Of a DNA stretch of 64,000 bases, positions 38,098-50,300 are shown piece after piece; within the stretch, counting starts at the first letter, position 1; each line of letters starts with the position of its first letter. The position numbers were made by a program, and so were the translations under genes. Source of the DNA: Tubiluchus corallicola (lineage: Eukaryota; Animalia; Priapulida). The stretch is taken from assembly GCA_030141605.1 (NCBI GenBank), contig JAQGDQ010000579.1, positions 72,478-136,477 of the forward strand. The letters run 5' to 3'. Below the pieces are notes generated by a model that had not been told where the DNA came from, searched no databases, and was given only the letters and a program-made list of their open reading frames with translations.

Positions 38098-39110
38098 GAG
38101 ACTTCTCTCAGAACTTGTTGAGCAAAACTTCTCTCTGAGAGTAATGTTGCAACGTGCGAGCGGCTTAGCAACTTCTCTCGCAACTTGTTGCAACGTGTGA
38201 ACGGTTTGGCAACTTCTCTCGCAACTTGTTGCAACGTGTGAACGGTTTGGCAACTTCTCTCGCAACTTCTTGCAACATGTAAACGGTTTGGCAACTTCTC
38301 TCGCAACTTCTTGCTACGTGCGAATGGCTTAGCAACTTCTCTCGCAACTTGTTGCAACTTGTGAACGGTTTGACAACTTCTCTCGCAACTTGTTGCAACG
38401 TGTGAACGGTTTGGCAACTTCTCTCGCAACTTGTTGCAACGCGTGAACGGTTTGGCTACTTCTCTCGCAACTTATTGAGCAAAACTTCTCCCTGAGAGTA
38501 AATATGCAACGTGCAAACGACTTGGCAACTTCTCTCACAACTTGTTGTAACGTGTGAACGGTTTGGCAACTTCTCATGTAATTTGTTACAGCGTGTGAAG
38601 GGTTTGGCAACTTCTCTCGCAACTTGTTGCAACATGTGAACAGTTTGGCTACTTCTCTCAAAACTTGTTGAGCAATATTTCTCTCTGAGAGTAATGTTGC
38701 AACGTGTGAACGGTTTGGCAACTTCTCTCGCAACTTGTGAAGGGTTTGGCAACTTCTCTCGCAACTTGTTGCAACATGTGAACGGTTTGGCAACTTCTTG
38801 CTACGTGCGAATGGCTTAGCAACTTCTCTCGCAACTTGTTGCAACGTGTGAACGGTTTGGCAACTTCTCTCGCAACTTGTTGCAACGTGTGAGCGGTTTG
38901 GCTACTTCTCTCGCAACTTATTGAGCAAAACTTCTCCCTGAGAGTAAATATGCAGCGTACAAACGACTTGGCAACTTCTCTCGCAACTTGTTGTAACGTG
39001 TGAACGGTTTGGCAACTTCTCATGTAATTTGTTACAGCGTGTGAAGGGTTTGGCAACTTCTCATTTAATTTGTTACAGCGTGTGAAGGGTTTGGCAACTT
39101 CTCTCAGAGA
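38098..39110. repeat. 41-bp minisatellite (GCAACTTCTCTCGCAACTTGTTGCAACGTGTGAACGGTTTG)
   Basis: Units start at 38168, 38209, and onward; variant units recur. Accounts for the overlapping repetitive ORFs. Confidence 0.92.
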
Positions 39111-39474
39111 GAAAATGAAATTTTTTTAAGAAAAATTATGTAATGTAATAAGTGTTATGTTACTTTTGTAATGTCAAATGTATAAACAGTATAAATGTAA
39201 TGAGTGAAATATATGTAATGTAAAGCATGTTTCTGTTAATTGTGTCATGTCAAATGAATGTATAGTGTGAAATATATCACGTAAAATTTAATGTACTTTT
39301 GTAAAATTGTTTTGTAAAAATATTTTAATATGGTGTTTGTAAATATGTTCATTTATTGTATATAGTTTTGCACTTTAGTTGTCTTGAACAGCGTTGTTAT
39401 TTTAACATTGCGCTGAGGCTTACTCAATTTTATTATAATGAGTGAACCATTTTAATGACAAATAAAGAATATAT

Positions 39475-39522
<48 letters not shown>

Positions 39523-40390
39523 AGTTTTGTGTGTAATATATATATTGTGTGTACACGGCAACTTTTGCACGAAGTACCCTGCACGTACCATAGGCAAAAC
39601 TTCAAACATTTGTTAGAAGACACATTTTTCCAGGTGTGATCCAGTTTTGTCTGACGCAAATTGTTATGCCTAGCGCGTGATAAAAGAGCAGGACAAGCAG
39701 AGAGAGAGAAAAATTAATCAATTTTAATAAAGTCTGTGTGTGGCAATTTGCAAAGTTGAAAAAATAGCAGTTTTATCGTGCGTGCACACGTCTAGTGGGC
39801 GCTAGTTCAACTCTGTCATCATGGCAGTCACACTTTGTGTTCTCCTATAATGATACAAGGTAAACCATGCAGCTTTTCTCTAAACTGATTTCAATTTTGT
39901 TACTAAACCGACGGCGCGTGGATCCCAAATAGTCTGCCTATACCCAAACTTCGGGCGGCCGAGGCTCATGTATGCTCTCGTTTTTTTAATTTGCACGTAA
40001 ATTGTTAACATCAAAATTTCGTCGTATAAAGGTAATTGTAGAGTACCATTTGTTAAGTAATTGCTTTTTGTTTTATTATTCCAATGTTTTTAAATTTAAC
40101 TGTATTAATGCGATTTAAGGTAATATTTGAAGTGGGTGTAACATACTGTAGTATAGAATCCTGCAATGATTGATCCACATTTTCAACAAGTGTGAATCTC
40201 AGATACAAGGGTTTGTACCCAGTGTAGCTTGTTAATGCGACAAACAAATAAAATGTGTCGCTTATTCAAAAGACATTAAATTTTAAGCGAGAAATTGAAA
40301 CTTGCGTCCGCTACCAACTATCTCCCACCTGGTGCAACAAACAGGACTATTGAGCATCTATTTCAACATCGTTGTTTTTGCGTTTCTGCT

Positions 40391-40400
40391 AACACGTGAC
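40391..40400. promoter_or_regulatory. CLEAR-like E-box (AACACGTGAC) in the putative V-ATPase promoter
   Basis: 8/10 match to GTCACGTGAC, upstream of a candidate non-coding exon (donor at about 40588) and of the ATG exon (acceptor 41238-41239). Confidence 0.4.
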
Positions 40401-41321
40401 TGACTAAAGATTGATTTTGTGTGTTTTATTGATTTTGTCATTTTTTGACAAACTTTCGTGTTAATTTCGATAAATTTGTAGAAAATACTGTGTGAGGTGG
40501 CACAGTTGTATTTTTATTAGTGCAGAACATCGAATTGCCAGTATATCAGTTGTATAACATCGTTATTTTCAAAATATTTAGGAGTAGGTAGTACCTACCT
40601 AACTAGCACTGTTCATGCATTTCACTTGTATTTGATAGTAGTCAGTAATGTGTTGATAAAAATGCGTTAGGCCCCCCTTTCAGTGGAAAGAAAGTATCAG
40701 AGAACGTGTACATCAGAAGTGCAGGACGTTCTGTCCCTAATCTGAAAAGTTTTTAAAAAATGTGGAAAAAATTTTAAGGGAAAATTTTTGTTGGAAACTT
40801 GCTGCATGTACTGAACAAACATTGTAAATATCTTGTGCAGCACATGCAACTAAATTATGTCTCTGCTGTGTTTTCATTTATCTAGTGAGAATTAAAAATA
40901 ACAAATCGTTAAAATACGATTAAACTTGCATTTTTCTCACATCTGATATTGCATTTTGTTTATATGGGACATTAATAATCTAATATTGATCTGGTTAGGA
41001 AATAAAAATGTTTCCTATACTAATTGATATCTGTTATCTTAGTTTTTTATATCCCCTCTGCCTCTCCAGAGTAGTATTATAAAGCTAGCATAATCTCTTC
41101 AGTTTGGAATTTAATATTTGCAAAATTTTGACGTCTAGATGCTAGGGTATTCTTATAGTGCTAGAGAAATGACGGTGGAAAAACTTTGTCATTCACAAAT
41201 AAATTGTTATCTTTAAGTAATATTCTTACATTGTTTCAGCTGTGTGCTTTCAACAAAACCTCATATTTCAACCAATGATTGATGAAGAATTGGCCTACGT
41301 GAAAGTTTAACAAAGTTCACC

Positions 41322-44300
41322 ATGGGTTCCCTGTTTCGTAGTGAGGAAATGACCTTGGCGCAGCTGTTTCTACAGTCTGAAGCGGCATATGCATGTGTTT
41401 CCGAGCTGGGCGAATTGGGCGTTGTCCAATTTAGAGACGTAATTTTTTTTGTTATTCACATTCATTCAGAATTTATTAATTTTAGCATGTTTAATTACTA
41501 TTTTATTATTATTATATTATTTAAAATTAATGTCATACATTTAAATTTACATAGCATTGCATAAAAAATTAAAAAACACAAGTATAAACTTACGATAGAA
41601 ACTGATACGTACGCACCCAGACACAAAAACAAATACAGAAGACAAATCACTAAAAAATACAATACACAAAAGCATAAAACCCAATGAAATGGTAAAACAT
41701 GTCGACCTCATAATGCAAAACATAGTTTGTACCTATTCGTCCATATAACTGTATTGTGATATGCAGAGTAAATGTACAATTTATCAGCTATATTATTAGA
41801 TAGTTCTGACAGTCCATACATAAAGGATCCTGTTGTATTTCATGTAATAACATCATAGTTAGGAATATTTTAACTTATGCTGCATCTTTTGAAAAGATTG
41901 ATGAGCCTACGAAATGCGTTATCGTGAGCCACCTTTAAAATGTAGTTATTTTGGAGAAAGTTGCACCATAGGGCACATGCATAAAATTGGCAAGCATTCG
42001 ATTTGAACATAATTATTTTTCTATTTACACAACATTTAGGGCGCTTAACCAATAAAGTATTTGACCTTACATAAATATTTTTTGACTGTGCTTTCGTAGC
42101 CTCATCATTAAATAAATTACTAATACTACAGTATATATTAACTCTTGATACTTTTAAGAAACATTTTTGTTACTTTTAAGTAAATTAAGACATCATTTAC
42201 TGATAAGTGTCTTTTTCTTTTCAGTTAAATCCTGACGTTAACGCATTTCAGAGAAAATTTGTAAACGAGGTGCGAAGGTGTGAAGAAATGGAGCGAAAAC
42301 TAAGTAATTATAAATTTGTTTTCCAGTTGGCTAGTTATTTGGGGGTTGTTTCAAGGCCAGAATTTCGTCATATTTTACCAGAATCTAAGCAGGTTCTCTC
42401 TTTGACTTTTTACGAGAATCCGGAGAATTCAGGTCAAAATTACATAATTCGAGTACGATGAATTATAATTATTGAAACGTTGAAGATTGAATTTAAGCAA
42501 AATGCGAAAGATTTTACCGTTAACTTGACATATCGGTCGTTTTCAAACTTTAGACTGTCTACCTGCGGTCCGATTGCCTTCGCAACGAGCGTAAATCCTT
42601 GCAACTCTGAATGAAAAGCGCAATGCGTCATAGACACTTGGGAGCTAACTAAGTAAGCTCTTAAGCGCAATTTGGCAGCGCACATGCTAGCGTAAGGCAA
42701 AAAGCAAAAAGTCAGATTAGTGCAAGTATATCTTTTATTGTTGTAACATTCAGGTAAAACCTGCACAAATCTAACCAAATTCGTGGTAATGAACATCGAC
42801 GCGAATGAATTCTGGGTTTTGTGTAGAAATTATGGCCCTGAATTTTAGTAATCTCTTATTTTCCTATCTATTTCATCAATTTTTGTTAAGGATTCTGTTG
42901 CATTGTAAATTGGTAAGGCATTTAAAAATTAATTAGCAGTGTCTTTCTGTGGATAAGAATTGTTAAGCAAGAAACTAGATATCCGTTTCCCTAAAATCTT
43001 AACCAACAGAAGCTATAAATGTATTAATCATGTTTACAATGTTATAAGCGTGTTAACAGTAAATATTTTCAAAAGTTTTCCTGAGTTTAGTTTCCAGCGG
43101 TTTTTAAAGGAAGATTTCCATTTCCGAGACAATTTAATCAATTCCATTGATGATTATAATTTATCTATGTCAATTTAAGACTGGTTTCGAAAAAGCAGCA
43201 TGGGAATGTCTGCCTCGGCATTATCAGGTCCAGTACTGCGTTATTTATTAAAGGAAATGTCAAGACGTCTTGAAAGTTAGATTTATTTCAGTGTTCGTGA
43301 AAGATGTTAGAAGGATTTAGTAACAAAAGTGTAATGAGCACCTCGTGTAATTTGTAAAATCGCTTTAAATTTCTAATCGTCTTTCGCTTGGACACTCCCA
43401 TTTTGAGCGCCCATCCTTCCACCAATGATGTCATTCGTTGATTGAAGAGAAACAGCGCATTGTCGACTTCCACCAAAAGTATAATAAGTTTCTGCAAAAC
43501 TTTATACAGCTAATTGAGTGATATTTTTGCATGAGTGTTAACATACTGTAGAAGTTTGGTTTACTTTAAGCAGTGCGTGTTTACGGAAAGCCACAATGCA
43601 TTTACAAAAAGTCACGAAGTCCACCGGTTACGTTATAATTTTCAAATGTATGGGGACTACCGCTGCGCCTGAAAATTTCTATACTTCAGTTATATAAATG
43701 ATCCTTATGCTTTATAGAGAGTTTTTTTGCAAATTTCTTTGTCTAAACTAAGTATCTAAATGTAATTGATAACAGTAAAATAAACCCAACGTACTACATG
43801 ACTTGTGATTTTTTAACGGGAATAGCAACCATTTTTCTAACTCTTTACAAAATTGCTGCATTAACGCCATAACTAACTGTATGCTGTTCTGTAAAATGTT
43901 CAAGTTTGGCGGTTTTGCTGGTTTAGTGCTAATGTAAATTTATATTGTTGGTTTTATTGTAGTGATACACCATGCTAGTGTTAGAACATTGCTTAAAGTA
44001 CCAAACTACTTGCAAGCTTGGAATAATGTACAATGCTGATTTGATCCTTACAGGATTCATAGAAAAAGAGATTAAAAAAGATGGCATTCCGATGTTGGAC
44101 ACGGGTGATAATCCTGACGCTCCCGCCCCGAGAGAAATGATTGACCTTGAAGTGAGTATTGATTGACTTTGACCTTGAAATGGTTGAGCTTGAAGTGAGT
44201 ATTGTCAGTAACGATCAGGTCTGATGACGTGTGACGTCATAAATAAGTGTAGTTTCATTTGGTTGCGTGATATTATCATGAGTTTTTGCTTCAGTGTTGT

Positions 44301-47300
44301 ACTTCAATTTTCATAAGCACTTCAACACGCTCATTGAATGTTTGTGCTGTTGATAATTATGTTCAGCTGTGATTTCATCACTGGTTGGGCACATTAAAAC
44401 TAAGGCTTTAGCCTATTATTTAATTATGAGAAATGGTTTGGCATTGTTATAGGTGTTAAAATGTATAGTTTTTATCATATTTCAAGAAGGACAAGGATAG
44501 GAAAAATGATCCTTTTTACTTTAAATGTCGGATACCGACTCGCAGTATCAGGAGTTACAGTCAACCTCGGGTGTAAGGTACTCGCTTATAAGGGACCCTC
44601 GTTTATAAGGGACCACCAACGCCGGTCCCAATTTTTCGTAATGTTTTTCCTTACAAAAATCTTCGTATATAAGGTACTCGGTTATAAGGAACTTTCAGTT
44701 ATAAGAGACGATATCTTCAGGTCCGAGTAATAGAAACCCAGGTAAATTACCTTGCGTATAAGGGATTCCATGATCAAATATTTTTACATTCTAAAAAGCC
44801 TATGCCGAGATCCCGCGCGGGCCCTCGTATTTGAAATATATATCTTAATTTACAATTCCTCATCAAGTTCTTCAGTTGCTGAATGATATACGGCTCTCAA
44901 GTACATCTCAAGTTCTAGAACCGACTGACTGAATCAGCATCGAGCATCAAGACTCGTGACACTCGGTCGGACTCAACTTCAGCTATAAGGGACATCGGAT
45001 ATAAGGGGCGATTTTTTGCACACGGTTTTTATATACTTTTGCATAGGAGCTGCCAGTACTTAGGTGTTTTTGAGAAATTAGGTTTTTATATACTTTTGCA
45101 TAGGAGCTGCCAGTACTTAGGTGTTTTTGAGAAATTAGGTATCATGTATCCTTGACAGTTGGATATTTTAAATTATGCATGAAACAATTTAACTGATATT
45201 TTAAGCCCACTTAGAGGTTCTCTATGGTCACAAAATTGCAATCCTCGACCCCATTGGGGGCCTAGGCGGCCCTAAAACCCCCGGCTTGTTTCAGAGTTTT
45301 TTGCAATTTGTCATTCTCATCCCTGTATATTAAAATAAAACTCTAAGAAGCTTGTGTGTAATGGATAATTGCAAAGAAATAATCTCGTTACTGCAGGCCA
45401 CATTTGAAAAGTTGGAGATTGAAATGAAGGAAGTTAACACAAACGCAGAAGCGCTGAAACGGAACTATTTGGAGTTGACCGAGTTGAAACATATTCTGCG
45501 CAAAACTCAAGTGTTTTTTGACGAGGTTTGTATAATTAGCACTTTTTTCATAATGTTTGCAAAAAGGATCTGTAACATAGATAAAATATGGAATAGTAAA
45601 TCATATATTGAGTTGCATTTGACTCTCAGGATTGAGAGCGTTTACTGCATTTTGCAAGGGTTCATGAAAAACTGCTCTCACTAAGCAGCGACTACGTTAT
45701 ATTTTATCATTTTTGTAGGTTTCTACTCCTCACAGAGAAATGCATTTGCTCACTCATAATTAACAAATTAAAAATCGGCGAAAAAATTGAAAAAAGTTTT
45801 CAGTAACTGCAGTGTTTGCACTGTAAGAATGTACAGCATCACTTGTGTGAAATTGGCTAATGCAGAAAATTTCGACTATCCAGACACAACTCTCTGATAC
45901 ACCTTGGCCTACTCTTACCAAGATATTCTAGTATTAAAAGGTGAAACGACCATTAGCTAAAATTCATAGGTCTTATAAGACCTGTTTTGAATTCTCCTGA
46001 AGGAGTTAAGCGTAATTTTCATACGAAATTGCATTCGGAGCTTTTACAGTGTTTCAATCTTTCATGTGTGCGCCATAAGGCACACCGATGTAATTAAAAT
46101 AATCAACTCTCATCTTTAACGATGGGGTGGTGGTATTAGTGAGACCTAGAGCCCGAGTATTGCTGATACTTACATTAACGTCTTATGAACATGTCTGTTA
46201 AGGAAAGATGGTTTTACACTTCCTACCTGTTCAGGTAAAAAAACACCCCTATTTATTTTGCTTAACATTATAAGCTGAGTAAAATTCTTATTTTTTGTGA
46301 AAGGGTTACTTTTTACTTACCACTTATGAAGTTTTAATTATGTGTAGGTTTATTTGTTATGAGTTTTATAATGGAATTTTCAGTTTCTTATGTTCAAGTT
46401 TGCTGGGCTTAATTACCATAGTATGTAAGGAAAGTGAATTTGACATTAAAAGTTTTTATTTTTAATTCAGTAGGAAAATTAGTAAGACTCTCGGGTAAAA
46501 TAATGTTATGATCAAGCAAAGGAAAAATAATATACTCGTCATCACTGCTTACAAATACAGATGTTTAATACTAGGAGAGAATATCGGTGTCCACCCACCT
46601 TTAGCTCCCCCATTTCAGCAAATGAATAGATGAAAGAAATGGTTTTTATTGTTGTATCACAAGTTATTAGTTATACTGTGAAAGTGCTTTTGTAATTTGT
46701 GGTGTAAAGGTATAATTTGACTAATTTCCATATAAGGTAAATTCAGGTGTCTAACATGAAAGGGTTTCTGCTTTGGGAACGTTTAAATTTGGTGTACGTG
46801 CTATTTGAGACTCTGCATAGCAAAAGCGTCCAAAGTGCGCTAGTTTAATTATAGAACCAGAGGTCAAAAAACTGAGAAAACTCAATTCTTCAAAATTAGG
46901 TGCACAGTTACGCTTGCGTACAAGTTCCAGAAAGAGACTTGTACTTTGTAGCACTCTCACAAACCACATGGTAACCAACATCTTTCTCGGTTGCTATGCA
47001 AATTGTAACACGAACTTTGAAAGCCATTTTTTGCCTTCCGCTCAACTGTGAATGTCAATATCGTAGTGGCTCAGAAACAATGCAGAGAACTGAAACAGAT
47101 ACGAAAACGTTCTGCATGAATAGGAGAATAATAATATACACATACCTAGCACTCTAGGCACATATAATAATATATCATACCTAGTACTCTAGGTAGATAT
47201 AATAATATACCATACCTAGCACTCTAGGTAGATATAATAATATACACATACCTAGTACTCTAGGTAGATATAATAATATACCATACCTAGTACTCTAGGT

Positions 47301-50300
47301 AGATATAATAATATACCATACCTAGTACTCTAGGTAGATATAATAATATACCATACCTAGTACTCTAGGTAGATATAATAATATACACATACCTAGTACT
47401 CTAGGCAGATATAATAATATACCATACCTAGCACTCTAGGTAGATATAATAATATACCATACCTAGCACTCTAGGTAGATATAATAATATACCATACCTA
47501 GTACTCCAGGTAGATATAATAATATACACATACCTAGTACTCTAGGTAGATATAATAATATACCATACCTAGTACTCTAGGTAGATATAATAATGTACCA
47601 TACCTAGCACTCTAGGTAGATATAATAATATACCATACCTAGCACTCTAGGTAGATATAATAATATACCATACCTAGTACTCTAGGTAGATATAATAATA
47701 TACCATACCTAGTACTCTAGGTAGATATAATAATATACACATACCTAGTACTCTAGGCAGATATAATAATATACCATACCTAGCACTCTAGGTAGATATA
47801 ATAATATACCATACCTAGCACTCTAGGTAGATATAATAATATACCATACCTAGTACTCTAGGTAGATATAATAATATACACATACCTAGTACTCTAGGTA
47901 GATATAATAATATATCATACCTAGTACTCTAGGTAGATATAATAATGTACCATACCTAGCACTGCTTTGCTATGCAAGGTCGCATTTATCGGCAATGCAT
48001 ATATTTAGTGCACTTTATAACTTGTTAAATGATTAACACTTGGTCTGCCAGCAGCTATATATATAATTACTACTAGTCTCTTCTAATTAATTATGCGCAG
48101 TTATGTTAATATGCTAATTTATAATACAGTGTAAATTTATGGGTTTTGAATGAACTTGGAATTACATACTTGTGTAAAACAGTCGTCCATGGACATTAAT
48201 AAAAAAAAATTGTTCATTCTGTTTACAAACCATTTTTGCAGTCCTCAATAAACTAGCATTGTGTTTTGTGTGGTTGGAGCTTTGTTAAAACTGAACACTA
48301 CGACAAAAGTAAGAGTTTTGTACAGGCAGGTTCAATCAACTTGTGATATATATATTGTATTAATGTATTATTTTACATTAATCGTCGACATATTAATTCA
48401 TCTATTTTATTGTATAAGTTGTTTCAGCGGCTTGGCTAAAACAATCATGGTCAACTTTTCCTGCTGCTCCTAATGCATGCTTCTAATATTTCTGTGCAAC
48501 ATTACTCAGGACTGCACAGTTTTGCAGTGCGGTAGCTGCACTAACTCGATGCGTGACAGTGCATGACGTAGACGATTTGTTTCGATTCTTTTTTTCATTT
48601 ATTTGACGCATTTGGTTGCCAGAAATCGTTTGGGAATCCGGGAATTTTGTGGGCAGTCGTCGACTTACGACCACAATCAGTTCTGGTGGATTCAGAATTG
48701 GATGCAAGTCGAACCGTATGTTCGAGTGGTGTGTCCGCTACACGCAGGACATTGCGTGTGTACTCGCTAGGCCTGTAACGATACATCGATGCATCATGAC
48801 AGCTTTTGTAACAATACGTGTATCGTCAAAATGCAGCAGTATCGCGATAATATGAATCGTTAATATTTAGCACTAGCTTGACCGCTCGCTGATGAAAAAA
48901 GCGTGAAATAACTCAAATTGCAGTTGTAATGTAACAATCAGTGCAGTGAGTTCAGCATATATAGGCAGCTTAACGCAGGCAGACCTGCTGCTAGCGGCCA
49001 AAGCAAAGCAGTTAAAATTGCAATGTGTTTATAATAATTTATAGTAGGCTAATTACATTTTTACTTATAAGTTTCTGAAATGGCTTGCAGCAAATGTGGA
49101 CTAGAAAATGCACCAGCATATTTTAATCAAAAAGTATTGAAATGTTTTGTATTTCTTGTATCTTACAATGCAAATGATACAAGAGTGTAAACAGAAGTCA
49201 AACAGTTTGCTGAATTATTTCACCACTTACTAATTTTAAAATTTGATAAATCTAACATGTATAATATACCAACGGCTTGATCTAGTTTTTTTAATAAAGC
49301 TTGCAAACGTTAACTCAATGTGCATCATGATACGTATCGTATCTTATGGTTAGTATCGCGATATGTATCATCGCTTGACTTAGGTGTATCGTTGCACCCC
49401 TAGTACTCGCACTAACTATAGCATCACCTACGATGAATTTGTCGCAGCACGTAGCGATTTGAAGTTAATTTATTTAAAAAAATAGAAGGAACTATGAGTA
49501 ATAGTTAGTTTATATAATTAATTAAGTTGTGGTCAGGTTGTACAGTCCAACAGTCGTAAGTTGTATACGTCGTAAGTAGACGACTACCTACAAAAGCAAA
49601 AAATGAAAAAAGCTTTTGTGGTCAGTTGTTTTGAAATATTTTATGGGATGTATTAAATGCAAATAATTTTTTGTGCTGATGGCTATAACATACTTTTCAA
49701 TTGTGTGTTTGCTTAGCAAAATCGTCCGTAAGTCGGCACTTCACAGTTATTCTAGTTATTCACATATCCTGAATCTCCATTTCGTGTGGATCATTTTGAT
49801 ACAAAGCTCATTGCTCTATGTTATTTCCAAACTGAGATAATCCACGTTGAAGTTGAGGTGCAGGAACTGAAAAACTTAATCTTGAGAAAATTGCTGTTAA
49901 AGTCAGCCATTGTTTTTGTTGCATTTCTACTAAACACTTAGCAACCATAAGAAACTGTGGTTGTTATGGACTTTGCAAGAACACATTGATGTTATGTTTA
50001 AATCCAGTAGATGGCTCTTACTGATGAAGATCTGGGCTTGGCAACAGGAAAAACCTGTAGCAAAATGACTACTTCAACGAGCTACTATCGGAGTTTGAAA
50101 ATACGAGTTTTTTTATAATTGTATTATTAGTTTCTAGCCAGAAAAGTATGTACGGGGTTGTAGAATTAGACTTTTATTATCATTTTCTTGAATATAAAAG
50201 TCTAATATGTTTGGCATTTGCTTTTATAAAGATAAAAAACTGATATTCACCAAATTTTTTGTGCATTCTACTTTGAAGTATAATGTAGTTTGAGTATGCC

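Noticed and set aside
38055-39056. Overlapping repetitive ORFs (also 55937-56753 and 35908-37152)
   Set aside because: Stop-free frames of minisatellites and microsatellites.
47128-47963. CRISPR-like palindromic 35-bp repeats (also 38098-39110 and 51680-52610)
   Set aside because: No unique spacers, no cas genes, eukaryotic intron context; these are tandem minisatellites.
50015-50110. CTGATGA...GAAA second hammerhead candidate
   Set aside because: Could not build convincing stems II and III.
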